A stretch of DNA of 64,000 nucleotides, taken from contig JAMCXX010000003.1 in the NCBI GenBank assembly GCA_023474425.1, forward strand, positions 21,712 to 85,711. The letters are read 5' to 3'. The notes under the pieces were generated by a model. That model was not told where the DNA came from and did not search any database. It saw only the letters and a list, made by a program, of their open reading frames with translations. The stretch's first letter is position 1. Each line of letters starts with the position of its first letter. The position numbers and the translations under genes were made by a program. This document shows positions 1 to 9,098 of this stretch, piece after piece. This stretch comes from Patescibacteria group bacterium. Lineage in GTDB: Bacteria; Patescibacteriota; WWE3; JAMCXX01.

Positions 1-10
1 TAATCCACGG

Positions 11-982
11 GTGTTCTTGGAGAAAACCTTGCCCAAAGAGGGCGAGATTCTGGTGAAGGTAGGCGACAGGGTAAAACCGTTTGATGTTTTGGGGTTTACC
101 TACGTTAGTCTTACCCGCCAAAGGCTTTCCGTGCCAAAAGACGGAAAGATTTTGGTGGCCGAGGGCGAGAAGGTAAGCTACAATCAACCACTCGTAAAAA
201 TTCGCCGTTTCTTAGGTTCACACGAGATTAAGTCACCGATACCGGGCACGGTTAACCTTTTGAGCAAAGCGGAGTTAGAGATTATCTCCGAGCCGGAAAA
301 ATATAATCTTATTTCCGGTATCGAAGCGGAAGCAGTTAAAATTGTGCCGCGGCTTTCCGTACTGCTTAAATCCGAGGCCACCGTGGTGCGCGGGGTGTGG
401 GCCTGCGGACAGGAAAAGGCGGGCGAGGTTAAGATTCTTAAGGCGACTAACGAAGAGCTGCGCACCTCCGATTTGAGTGCCGATGATTTTGGAAAGATTC
501 TTGTTTTCCCCGGGGCTTTAAGTGACGCCGTTTTGAAGAAAGCTAAGATGGTGGGAGTGGCTGGTATTGTCTGCGCTTCGGTGGAATCTGGCTCCAAATC
601 CTGCCAAACTAACTTGCTTTTGACCGAGGGTTTTGGAACGGCTTTCATGACCAAAGAACTTGCTGATTTTTTGGCAACAGTCGCCGTTCGCACGGCCGTT
701 ATTTCTCCCCAAAGACGCCAGCTTTTGGTGCCGGGGCTTGCTCTTGACCGCTCGGTTTTAGACGAGGAGTATCCGGCCCGAGCAGAAATTGTTAAGGGTA
801 GCCGTGTTCAGATTTTAAACTGGCCTTATTTTGGGCAAGTTGGGCGGGTGAGCGAAATCTTAGAAAGTTACAAATTTGAATCGGGCTTAATTGAGCCGGC
901 TTTATCTGTGACTCTGGAAAATAAAGAGGAAGTTTGGGTGCCGGCGGTCAACGTTTTAATTTTAAGCGGAAATTCAGTTTAG
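11..982 (+). CDS. hypothetical protein with repeated barrel-sandwich (lipoyl/HlyD-like) hairpin motifs; may continue upstream of the window
   Basis: 323-aa ORF. Repeated motifs KEGEILVKVGDRVKPFDVLG, DGKILVAEGEKVSYNQPLV and IKSPIPGTVNLL. No in-frame stop between the window edge and the GTG at 11. Confidence 0.5.
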   Translation: MFLEKTLPKEGEILVKVGDRVKPFDVLGFTYVSLTRQRLSVPKDGKILVAEGEKVSYNQPLVKIRRFLGSHEIKSPIPGTVNLLSKAELEIISEPEKYNLISGIEAEAVKIVPRLSVLLKSEATVVRGVWACGQEKAGEVKILKATNEELRTSDLSADDFGKILVFPGALSDAVLKKAKMVGVAGIVCASVESGSKSCQTNLLLTEGFGTAFMTKELADFLATVAVRTAVISPQRRQLLVPGLALDRSVLDEEYPARAEIVKGSRVQILNWPYFGQVGRVSEILESYKFESGLIEPALSVTLENKEEVWVPAVNVLILSGNSV

Positions 983-1002
983 TATCGTTGTATAATTTAT
1001 AA

Positions 1003-2250
1003 ATGAATCAGGCTCAATTGCGAAATTATTTATTGGGATTCCTGCTGCTCCTTGTAATTGCCTACGGCTCTTATTCTCTGGGGCGTCAGGGTTATAGCCT
1101 GGAAATCAAGAATAATTTGCCAAGGTTTTTGATTCTGAACCAAAAACCGGCGGACCAGACGGTTGATTTTTCCGAGTTTTGGAATGTTTACGCTCTTTTA
1201 AATCAGAAATATATTGACCGGCCGCTCGACGCCCAAAAACTTATGTACGGCGCTGCGCAGGGGCTTTACCAATCGGTTGGCGACCCGTACACGGTTTTTC
1301 TGCCCCCGCAGGAAAATAGCGAGGTAAATTCCAGCCTTAACGGCCAGTACCAGGGGATTGGCGCCGAACTGGGGATGAAGGATGGTCAGCTAACAGTAGT
1401 GGCGCCTCTGGACGATTCTCCGGCTAAAGCCGCCGGCATTTTGCCGGGTGACCTAATTCTTAAAATTGACGGCAAGGACACTCTGGGCATGACTCTTTCG
1501 GAAGCTGTTTCCAAAATCCGCGGCCCGGCCGGCTCTAGAGTGACGTTGACAATTAGGCACGCGGCATCTTCAACATCGGCTACGTCTTCGGCCGCTCCCA
1601 AGCAAAACGGGGTGGACATTACAATTGTGCGTGCGGAGCTTAAGGTACCAAGCCTTAAATGGGAAAACAAAGGCGGCGGCATTGCCTACATCCGTATTTC
1701 GAGTTTTGGCGACACTACCGATGCCGAATGGGACAAAGCCGTGGCCGAAATTAAATCGACCATACCAAATCTCAAAGGGGTAGTGCTCGATTTACGTTCC
1801 AACCCCGGCGGATATTTTCAGGCAGCCATTCACGTGGCCTCGGAATTCATTGCGTCGGGTACCGTTTCTTCTCAAGGATTTGCCAACGGGGTGAAGCAGG
1901 ATTACGCGGTGGACCACGTCGGTTTATTCCTCAACGTGCCGGGTGTTGTCCTGATTAACGGCGGTTCGGCTTCGGCTTCGGAAATTGTGACCGGAGCCCT
2001 TCGCGACCGTCGCGGTTTTAAGGTGGTAGGGGAGAAGTCGTTCGGTAAAGGCACGGTGCAGGACGCCGAGAATCTGCCCGACGGCAGCGGCGTTCACATT
2101 ACCATTGCCCGTTGGCTCACGCCTAACGGTTACAATATTAACGGTTCGGGCATAAAACCGGATTACGCGGTAGATTTGACCGCCGACGAAATTAACAAGA
2201 ATTTGGACCCGCAACTTGACAAGGCGCTTTTGGTGATTAAAAATTTGTAA
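1003..2250 (+). CDS. carboxyl-terminal processing protease (peptidase S41) with PDZ domain
   Basis: N-terminal TM segment. PDZ-like segment GIGAELGMKDGQLTVVAPLDDSPAKAAGILPGDLILKIDG. S41 motifs DLRSNPGGY and INGGSASASEI. Confidence 0.9.
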   Translation: MNQAQLRNYLLGFLLLLVIAYGSYSLGRQGYSLEIKNNLPRFLILNQKPADQTVDFSEFWNVYALLNQKYIDRPLDAQKLMYGAAQGLYQSVGDPYTVFLPPQENSEVNSSLNGQYQGIGAELGMKDGQLTVVAPLDDSPAKAAGILPGDLILKIDGKDTLGMTLSEAVSKIRGPAGSRVTLTIRHAASSTSATSSAAPKQNGVDITIVRAELKVPSLKWENKGGGIAYIRISSFGDTTDAEWDKAVAEIKSTIPNLKGVVLDLRSNPGGYFQAAIHVASEFIASGTVSSQGFANGVKQDYAVDHVGLFLNVPGVVLINGGSASASEIVTGALRDRRGFKVVGEKSFGKGTVQDAENLPDGSGVHITIARWLTPNGYNINGSGIKPDYAVDLTADEINKNLDPQLDKALLVIKNL

Positions 2251-2255
2251 ACTTT

Positions 2256-3449
2256 ATGAAAAAATTGACTTCCGTAATTTTACTTTTAGCTTTAATCGTT
2301 TTTGGTTTAGCCGCTTATTTTGGCCCCAACTTGGCTAACTTTGTGCCAGGTTTAAAATTCCTATCTTTGCAAAAGTCTTCGACTTCAAATTCCGCCGGTA
2401 ACAGTCAGTCCGGGGCAGTTAAAGTGGTGACAGAAGAGTCAGTGGTTATTGATGTGGTTAAAAAGGTGACGCCGTCGGTGGTGACAGTGAGTATTAAAAA
2501 AACGGTTTCCCCCTCGCCGCTTTCCGACCTGGGTCCTCTTTTTGATCCTTTTGGGTTTTTTAATAATTTTCAGACACCTCCGCAGTCATCGCCGCAGAAT
2601 GTTCAGGAGGACATTGGCTCCGGGTTCATTATTTCCGCCGACGGTCTGGTGGTTACCAGCAAACATGTGGTTTCCGATACCCAGGCCGGATACCAAATTA
2701 TTACCGCCGATAATAAAACCTACGACGTGCAGAAAATTTACAGGGATCCGGGCAACGATTTGGCCATCTTAAAAATTAGTCCTCCCGCGGGAGTTCAACT
2801 GCCGGCGGTGGAAATGGGAGACTCAAGCAAACTTCAGGTGGGACAGATGGCCATTGCCATTGGCACGGCCTTGGGGGAGTTTAGGAGCACGGTGACGACC
2901 GGAGTGGTTTCAGGACTCGGACGGGGCATTACCGCCGGCGACCCTCTGGCCGGTTCGGTGGAACAGCTGGACAACGTTATTCAAACGGATGCCGCCATTA
3001 ATCCGGGCAACTCCGGCGGTCCCCTGCTCAACTCCTCCGGTCAGGTTATTGGCATTAATACGGCCGTTTCCACTCAAGGTCAGAACATCGGCTTTGCCAT
3101 TCCCATTAATGTCGTTAAAAACGTCATTCAGAACTTTAACGAAACCGGACAGTTTAACCGCGCTTTCTTGGGAGTGGAGTACCGCCTGATTGACCAGAAG
3201 ACGGCTCTCTTAAACGGCGTACCGCAAGGAGCTTACATTATGAATGTTGTTCCAGGCTCCTCGGCCGATAAGGGCGGGCTTAAAGCAGACGATATTATTA
3301 CCAAGATTGACGGCCAGGCGATTAACAGTCAGAGCAGTTTGGCCAATATAATTGCCGGTCACAAGGTGGGCGATACCATTGCGGTGGAATATTACCGCGA
3401 CGGCTCAACCCACACGACTTCAGTGACCTTAACCGAATCCAAGCAGTGA
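2256..3449 (+). CDS. htrA: HtrA/DegP-family serine protease (S1C) with C-terminal PDZ
   Basis: Signal/TM N-terminus. Catalytic-serine motif TDAAINPGNSGGPLLN, His region VTSKHVV and Asp region GNDLAILK. PDZ-like tail PGSSADKGGLKADDIITKIDG. Confidence 0.9.
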   Translation: MKKLTSVILLLALIVFGLAAYFGPNLANFVPGLKFLSLQKSSTSNSAGNSQSGAVKVVTEESVVIDVVKKVTPSVVTVSIKKTVSPSPLSDLGPLFDPFGFFNNFQTPPQSSPQNVQEDIGSGFIISADGLVVTSKHVVSDTQAGYQIITADNKTYDVQKIYRDPGNDLAILKISPPAGVQLPAVEMGDSSKLQVGQMAIAIGTALGEFRSTVTTGVVSGLGRGITAGDPLAGSVEQLDNVIQTDAAINPGNSGGPLLNSSGQVIGINTAVSTQGQNIGFAIPINVVKNVIQNFNETGQFNRAFLGVEYRLIDQKTALLNGVPQGAYIMNVVPGSSADKGGLKADDIITKIDGQAINSQSSLANIIAGHKVGDTIAVEYYRDGSTHTTSVTLTESKQ

Positions 3450-3457
3450 TTCCTTAA

Positions 3458-4984
3458 TTATTTCCCCGTTTTTCTCTCCGAAAGGTTAAAGTTTAAGGTT
3501 TCAATCCGTCCGTTTTGACGGTCAAGCCGTTCAAAATGCAGTTCGAAACCGGGACTCTTGGGGTTATCCGCTTCCATTTCTATCCAAAAATTTTCCGGCG
3601 TTATCTGCTGCGTGAGCTTTCCGATTAGTCTTTGTTGAGTTTCGTAACCATCATCATTGGCCCCGCGGACAACAAGAAGCTGCCAACCCTCTTTTTCCGA
3701 GGGGCGGTAGTGAAAAAGAACCCGCCGCGGCGAAAGAGGAGAGATTCGCAATTCGTTTTCCTCAACCCCAATCTGCACCGCGGCGTCGGGGAGCCTGCCT
3801 TGAACCCGGTCGAAATTTAAATAAAGATTATTCTTGGCGTCGGCCAGTTCGGCTTCAAATTCAAAGTAGGTTGAATTTTCAACGTTTCCGCCAAGGGTGA
3901 TCCGGCGATTGCCTCGAGTAGAAACTTCGATGGGGTGATTAAGGTCAACGTCGTGAACTTCCTGGTCAACTTTTTCTGATATGGCTGGCTGGAGTTCGGG
4001 GGATTTAGATGCCAATTGATCTCGTCCGGATTGGAGCGGAGAAGAAGGTTCCAAATTCGCTGGATTCAAATCTTCTTCTAAAGTGTCGGCCGAAGAGCTG
4101 GCGAGAGCGTAGGTGAGTCCGGTTTTGGGGGATCGAATAAAGGTTTCCGCCGGCGAATTTTGCCCGGCCGGTTTTGGCGCGTTGTTGGCCGTGTCGGGAG
4201 TCATTTTAATTTCCCGCCAGGTCCAGCGCAACTCCTTAATATTTTTAGGCTGATCGGTCAAAAATTCTTTAAGATTTTGGCCGAGAACCACGTTAAATTC
4301 TCTTAACTCCACGCCGTTGCCGTTTTCATCCAGAATATAGAGGTGGGTTTGGCCCGGCAGGGCTTCGCGATTAAATTGATCAACCTGCTCTTTCGTTAAA
4401 TGTCCGCCGACTTCCTGTGGCAAGGAGAGATAGGTTAAACGCCCGTCCGATTTTTGCCGATAGAAAACGGTAACTTCTTTTTGGTCGGTTAAGGCCGTGA
4501 AGCTAAGTTTGCCGTCAGCGCCAAACTCGATTGAGGCAGCCTCCGCCGGTATATCTCCGGATAGCCCGCCGTGGTTTTGAGCCGAGCCCAAAGTTAGCGA
4601 AGCGCCCTTTTTTAGGTGTAAGAGGTGGTGGTTTTTTTCTTCTAGTTTTTCCACTCTCTCGTAAGCGTGGTAAAGATTCTCCTTGTAGGCCTCCTGGCGC
4701 ATTTTAAAAATGACTTCGCGAGCTTTTCCGCCGGGCTCGCCGATCTCACGGTAGTCAACCAGTTTTATAAGATTACCGCTTTCGCGGTCGTAGACGTCGC
4801 GGGCCCGGTCTTCCAGAGCCTCCAGAAGTTTGTAGGCGTCAAGGCCGCGGGGGTTAATCTGCTCGCGCAGGCCCACGCTTTCTTCCCGCCGGTCGATTTC
4901 TTTATCCTTGGCCCAGGCGGTGTCGGCTTTTAAGGCATCAGTTGCATCGTTGCTATTTTCAAAAGAGGACTCAAACTCGGCCAT
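3458..4984 (-). CDS. hypothetical acidic protein
   Basis: 508-aa uninterrupted ORF in an operon-like position downstream of prfA. No motif recognised. Confidence 0.6.
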   Translation of the reverse strand: MAEFESSFENSNDATDALKADTAWAKDKEIDRREESVGLREQINPRGLDAYKLLEALEDRARDVYDRESGNLIKLVDYREIGEPGGKAREVIFKMRQEAYKENLYHAYERVEKLEEKNHHLLHLKKGASLTLGSAQNHGGLSGDIPAEAASIEFGADGKLSFTALTDQKEVTVFYRQKSDGRLTYLSLPQEVGGHLTKEQVDQFNREALPGQTHLYILDENGNGVELREFNVVLGQNLKEFLTDQPKNIKELRWTWREIKMTPDTANNAPKPAGQNSPAETFIRSPKTGLTYALASSSADTLEEDLNPANLEPSSPLQSGRDQLASKSPELQPAISEKVDQEVHDVDLNHPIEVSTRGNRRITLGGNVENSTYFEFEAELADAKNNLYLNFDRVQGRLPDAAVQIGVEENELRISPLSPRRVLFHYRPSEKEGWQLLVVRGANDDGYETQQRLIGKLTQQITPENFWIEMEADNPKSPGFELHFERLDRQNGRIETLNFNLSERKTGK

Positions 4985-4998
4985 GTAATAAAAGGCTA

Positions 4999-5745
4999 TC
5001 AGAGGCCAAAAACTTTGTCCAAGTTTCCGTTAAGTATAGATTCTAAGTTGTGCCGGGTTTGGCCCGTGCGGTGGTCGGTAAGCCGGTCCTGTGGAAAATT
5101 GTAGGTTTTAATTTTATCGCTCCGCTCAACCGATCCAACCTGATCGCGTTTTAGACTATTAATGGAATCGGTCCTCTGTTCCTGCATCAACTGGTAGAGT
5201 TTACTTTGCAAAAGTTTCATGGCTCTCTCACGGTTTTGGTGCTGAAGCCGTTCTTCCTGGCAAGTCACCACAATGCCGGTAGGCAGGTGGGTAAGCCTTA
5301 CAGCCGTGGAAACTTTTTGCACATTCTGGCCGCCTTGGGACGAGGCGCGGTAGGCTTCAAATTTTATGTCGTCGGGGCGCAGGTTGATTTGGACCGGCGG
5401 CACGGAAGGTAAAACGACCACGCTTGCCGTCGAAGTGTGAATGCGCCCGGATTTCTCGGTTTTGGGGACTCTTTGCACACGGTGGACACCCGCTTCCTCA
5501 ACAAAAATCTCATAGAGATTTTTGAGGTGAGAGTTGATAGTTGATAGTTGATAGTTGGGCGCAGAGATTTCAAAAACGACTTCCTTGAGATTGCCTAAGC
5601 TGCCTTCGGAACGCGAAATTTCGGCCACCTTTAAACCGCGGCTTTGGGCAAACCTAGCGTACATTCGGTAAAGATCGGCGGCAAAAAGACCGGCTTCGTC
5701 ACCGCCCACGCCAGCTCTAATTTCAATTATGACGGAATTAACCAT
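4999..5745 (-). CDS. prfA: peptide chain release factor 1, short form lacking the N-terminal domain 1
   Basis: [12 protein letters not shown] start of domain 2. PxT-type tripeptide ([14 protein letters not shown]). GGQ motif ([23 protein letters not shown]). C-terminal [18 protein letters not shown]. In-frame TGA 33 nt upstream of the ATG. Confidence 0.85.
   Translation of the reverse strand: MVNSVIIEIRAGVGGDEAGLFAADLYRMYARFAQSRGLKVAEISRSEGSLGNLKEVVFEISAPNYQLSTINSHLKNLYEIFVEEAGVHRVQRVPKTEKSGRIHTSTASVVVLPSVPPVQINLRPDDIKFEAYRASSQGGQNVQKVSTAVRLTHLPTGIVVTCQEERLQHQNRERAMKLLQSKLYQLMQEQRTDSINSLKRDQVGSVERSDKIKTYNFPQDRLTDHRTGQTRHNLESILNGNLDKVFGL
5526..5557. repeat. heptamer tandem array (GTTGATA x3 perfect plus flanking degenerate units) inside prfA
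   Basis: Plus strand reads GGTGAGA GTTGATA GTTGATA GTTGATA GTTG. It is translated on the minus strand as [11 protein letters not shown]. Confidence 0.85.
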
Positions 5746-5746
5746 T

Positions 5747-5788
5747 CTTCTTGCTTCTTTCTTAATTCTTACTTCTCACTTCTTAATT
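5747..5788. repeat. six period-7 units (CTTCTTG CTTCTTT CTTAATT CTTACTT CTCACTT CTTAATT) filling the rpmE-prfA spacer
   Basis: Direct reading of the spacer between the rpmE stop (5789) and the prfA start (5745). Confidence 0.7.
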
Positions 5789-6115
5789 CTAGAGTGTGGG
5801 ATGCTTTTTTGCGTAAGCGAGCATTTCTTTGAGGCTTCTGGGCTGTTCCTCCCGTTCTTTTTGGACCTGTTTTTCGGTTTCTTTCTTAGTTTTACGATTC
5901 TCTTTAAGTTTGTTAGCCGTCGCTTGGCGTTTTTGGAACTTCTGTACCAGGCCTTCGGTGTCCACCAGTTTTTCCTGCCCGGTAAAAACAGGGTGGCAGG
6001 CGGCGCAAATGGCCACGCGGAGCTCCGGCTTGGTGGAGCCGGTGGTAAAGGTATTGCCGCAGCTGCAGGTAACTACGGCCTTTGGGTACCAGGTTGGGTG
6101 AATTCCTTGTTTCAT
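5789..6115 (-). CDS. rpmE: 50S ribosomal protein L31 with a ~40-aa Lys/Glu-rich C-terminal extension
   Basis: [11 protein letters not shown]...CSCGNTF...[11 protein letters not shown] (CxC...CxxC zinc ribbon). Followed by [30 protein letters not shown].... Confidence 0.9.
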   Translation of the reverse strand: MKQGIHPTWYPKAVVTCSCGNTFTTGSTKPELRVAICAACHPVFTGQEKLVDTEGLVQKFQKRQATANKLKENRKTKKETEKQVQKEREEQPRSLKEMLAYAKKHPTL

Positions 6116-6205
6116 ATAAAATGAGCGGGGTATAAGGTTATCTTAACGAATCCCGCCGATTAATTAAACCCGATTGACTGAATTTCGTCAACCCTGCCAC
6201 CCCGG

Positions 6206-7132
6206 CTATATTTTGAGGTCAATCACCAGATGGTCGTTGCGGTGGATGCGGATTTGAGCCAGATAGTGGTGAATCCGCTTTTCGGCAATATAAATGCCGG
6301 CAAAAATTAAGATTGTACCCAAAACATCGGCGCCGCTGATCTTTTCGTGTAAAAGAGGCACGGCAATGGCCGCTGCGGCAATGGGGTCGGCATAGAGAAA
6401 CATGCCCACGCGCGAAACGGTAAGCTTAGAAAGCCCCCAGGTCCAAAGAAAATAGGCCAAAAGGGAAGAGAAAAAAATGCCGAAGATAATCCCTGAAAGG
6501 CCGCGGACGTCCAGTTGAAGCAGGAATTCCGGGCGGCGGCTTAACTGCCAGTAGGCCGGGATAATAAAAGTGAGGGCGCCCGTGAGAAACATGCTGTAAG
6601 TCAAAAGGACCGGGTCGTATCTTTTTTGGACTTTTTTGACGATAATTTCGTAGCCGACCAGACTTAAAATGCTTAAAATGAGCAGGCTGTTGCCCAATAA
6701 GTCTTTGGAGAGACCGTAGCGCCAGACCGACTGCAGGGTGATTAAAAGAACTCCCAAAAGGCCGACGACCGAGCCTAAAAGCAGATTAAAGCTCTGTTTT
6801 TCGCGCAAAAATAGCCGGGCGCCAAGGATGGTAAAAACCGGCCCGGCACCGGCTATAATTCCGGCGTTAATAGCCGAGGTCAGGGAAATGCCCAGGAAGA
6901 AAAAAGCGACGTTGCCGGAAATACCCAAAAGCCCCAAAAGAATAATCCAGCCTACATCCCGCAGCTCAATTCTGGTTGATTTAAGAAACGGAATCAGGAA
7001 AATCGAAGCAATAAAAAACCGGACAAAAACCAGGGGGAAGATAGGGATGTTCTCAATGGACCACTTAAAAATAGGCGCGGCCGCGCCCCAAATAATCGAG
7101 GCAAAGATTAGGGCCAAAATGGGCAGGTTCAT
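6206..7132 (-). CDS. EamA/DMT-family permease
   Basis: 308 aa. About 10 hydrophobic helices arranged as two 5-TM halves, typical of EamA-repeat transporters. Confidence 0.75.
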   Translation of the reverse strand: MNLPILALIFASIIWGAAAPIFKWSIENIPIFPLVFVRFFIASIFLIPFLKSTRIELRDVGWIILLGLLGISGNVAFFFLGISLTSAINAGIIAGAGPVFTILGARLFLREKQSFNLLLGSVVGLLGVLLITLQSVWRYGLSKDLLGNSLLILSILSLVGYEIIVKKVQKRYDPVLLTYSMFLTGALTFIIPAYWQLSRRPEFLLQLDVRGLSGIIFGIFFSSLLAYFLWTWGLSKLTVSRVGMFLYADPIAAAAIAVPLLHEKISGADVLGTILIFAGIYIAEKRIHHYLAQIRIHRNDHLVIDLKI

Positions 7133-7188
7133 ATCAATATGACGCTGAGTTGATTTCTATCCTCGTTATTCTGGCAAGCGAAGGAGAG

Positions 7189-8496
7189 TCAGGCTTTCCA
7201 AAGCGTGTCCAGAATCTGATTCATCTCGGTCAAGCCACAAGCTGTTTGTTCTCCGGTGGCCATGTTTTTCACCATAACCTTGCCATCCTTGGCCTCTTTC
7301 TCGCCGATAATGAGAACAAACGGGATTTCCTTGCGATTGGCGTAGCCGATTTGTTTGTCGAGTCCGTCGCCGTCGTTCAAATAAAGCTCCGTCTTAATTC
7401 CCGATTTTCTTAAAGTTTCGGAAATGCTTACGGAATTTTGAGTAAAACCGGCCAAGACCGTGACCAGAGCGGCTGTTTCATTTTTGAATTGCGGCAAAAG
7501 CTGCCAACTCTCCAGGAAATTTATGAGGGTTAAATCACCCATGGCAAAACCGGTGGCGGGAAGCGGCTCGGCCCCGGCAAAAAGATCGGTCAAGCCGTCG
7601 TAGCGGCCGCCGCCGTACATGGAGCGGTTATTTTTGGGATTTTTGTCCCACTGTTCTATAACCAAGCCGGTGTAGTAGTCCAGGCCGCGCACAATTTGCG
7701 GGTCATAGACAAATATTTCAGCGTAGTCGCTCTTTTTTGCCAATTCAAAAAAATCGGTCAACTCCTTGGCGCCTCTATTTTCATCGGCTAATTTTCGAAC
7801 ATTATTCAGGTCGAATTTTAAAAGTTCGTTCAGTTTTTGTACCTGTGTTCCGGTTGCTTTTGCGCTGTCAACCAAAGCTTTTTCAAACTCTCCCGGCGCC
7901 ATTTTATTTTTTTTGTCTATAAGTCTCATGACAATCGATTTCCGGTCGGAAGAGAATCCGACGATTTTTTCTAGGGCAAAGTCCATAAAGAGGCGGTTGT
8001 TGACGCGGATTTCGTACATATTAGGTTTGGCTTTGAGGTGTTCCATAATCCGCGCGCCCAAGGTGAAGACTTCAAAGTCCGAAAGCACCGAATTTTCGCC
8101 AAAAATATCGGCGTTGAGCTGGAAAAATTCACGCCCTCGTCCCCTTTGCGGCTTTTCGTAGCGCCAAAAATCGGCAATGGAAAACCATTTAATGGGTTTA
8201 ATCATTGACTTGGATTTGGCGGCAATCATTCGGGCAACCGTCGGCGTCATTTCTGGACGTATCGCCAGCTTGCGCCCGCCGCGGTCTTCAAAACTGTAGA
8301 GCTGTTCTTTTACCAGCTCCTCGCCGGATTTGGCGGCGTAAAGATCAAACGGTTCCAAAAACGGGCCGTTGTATTCCTCGAAGCCGGATTCCAAGGCTGC
8401 CTCGCGCCAGATGTTAAATATATAGTTGAGGATTTTTTGATCCTTGGGGTAAAAATCCCGCGCCCCGCGGTAGGGAAGAGTCTCAAGTTTATTCAC
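7189..8496 (-). CDS. hisS: histidine--tRNA ligase
   Basis: Class II motifs: GARDFYP, RPEMTPTVARM, FWRYEKPQRGRGREFFQLNADIFG, GGGRYDGL. C-terminal anticodon-binding domain. Confidence 0.95.
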   Translation of the reverse strand: MNKLETLPYRGARDFYPKDQKILNYIFNIWREAALESGFEEYNGPFLEPFDLYAAKSGEELVKEQLYSFEDRGGRKLAIRPEMTPTVARMIAAKSKSMIKPIKWFSIADFWRYEKPQRGRGREFFQLNADIFGENSVLSDFEVFTLGARIMEHLKAKPNMYEIRVNNRLFMDFALEKIVGFSSDRKSIVMRLIDKKNKMAPGEFEKALVDSAKATGTQVQKLNELLKFDLNNVRKLADENRGAKELTDFFELAKKSDYAEIFVYDPQIVRGLDYYTGLVIEQWDKNPKNNRSMYGGGRYDGLTDLFAGAEPLPATGFAMGDLTLINFLESWQLLPQFKNETAALVTVLAGFTQNSVSISETLRKSGIKTELYLNDGDGLDKQIGYANRKEIPFVLIIGEKEAKDGKVMVKNMATGEQTACGLTEMNQILDTLWKA

Positions 8497-8533
8497 CTTT
8501 AAAGAATAACATAAGGCTTAAAACCAAACTACT

Positions 8534-8562
8534 TTGACGGACTTTAAGACGGTCGGTATAAT
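8534..8562 (+). promoter_or_regulatory. sigma70-like promoter (TTGACG-17 nt-TATAAT) for the 8590 gene
   Basis: TTGACG at 8534-8539 and TATAAT at 8557-8562. GGAGG Shine-Dalgarno a few nt before the ATG at 8590. Confidence 0.5.
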
Positions 8563-8589
8563 CTCTTTCAAATAAGAGAGGAGGCAAGG

Positions 8590-9054
8590 ATGTTACCCAA
8601 AGTCAATAGGCAAAAGCTGGTTTCGGTTTTGTGGGCGCTTTTGCTTTCGATTCCCGTGGCCGCCGTCTACGCTTGGATCTTCGGTTCGGCTACGGGCTGG
8701 CCCTGGCCGCTCGTTCTGGGTATCGTTTGGCTTTTGTATCTTTGGGTCGAGTTTTGGGTGAAGCCCTACAAATTTCCCGGCTACGCCGATTTTATTGGCC
8801 GGGCCGTTGACGCTGTAATAATCGCTGTTGCGCAATTCTTACTTGTCGTCGCTTCGGCAGTTTTGGGTCTTGTCGTTATGGTTCTCGGTCTAGCTATCAA
8901 CTACCTTAGCGCGCGGGAAATTGTTGCCTTTGGGCCGACGGTCTTTGTGATCTGGCTTGTTACGAGCGTCGTCTTTTGGTGGTGCGTTTGCGAGGAGGAA
9001 GAGCCAGAACCTACGCAGTTGCTTGTGCGGCCTGACGATTTGCCCGGTTTTTGA
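8590..9054 (+). CDS. hypothetical integral membrane protein
   Basis: 154 aa with 4 predicted TM helices. Strong SD (GAGAGGAGG). Acidic C-terminal tail. Confidence 0.6.
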   Translation: MLPKVNRQKLVSVLWALLLSIPVAAVYAWIFGSATGWPWPLVLGIVWLLYLWVEFWVKPYKFPGYADFIGRAVDAVIIAVAQFLLVVASAVLGLVVMVLGLAINYLSAREIVAFGPTVFVIWLVTSVVFWWCVCEEEEPEPTQLLVRPDDLPGF

Positions 9055-9098
9055 AAATCTATTCAACAGGCTTTAGTAAAAAATCTAAAGCCTGTTTT

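Noticed and set aside
4999-5791. Short release factor explained by an RF2-style programmed frameshift or a missed upstream exon.
   Set aside because: The tripeptide motif is PxT (RF1-type). The upstream 42 nt are repeat units with an in-frame TGA, and they abut the rpmE stop, so no coding capacity for domain 1 exists there.
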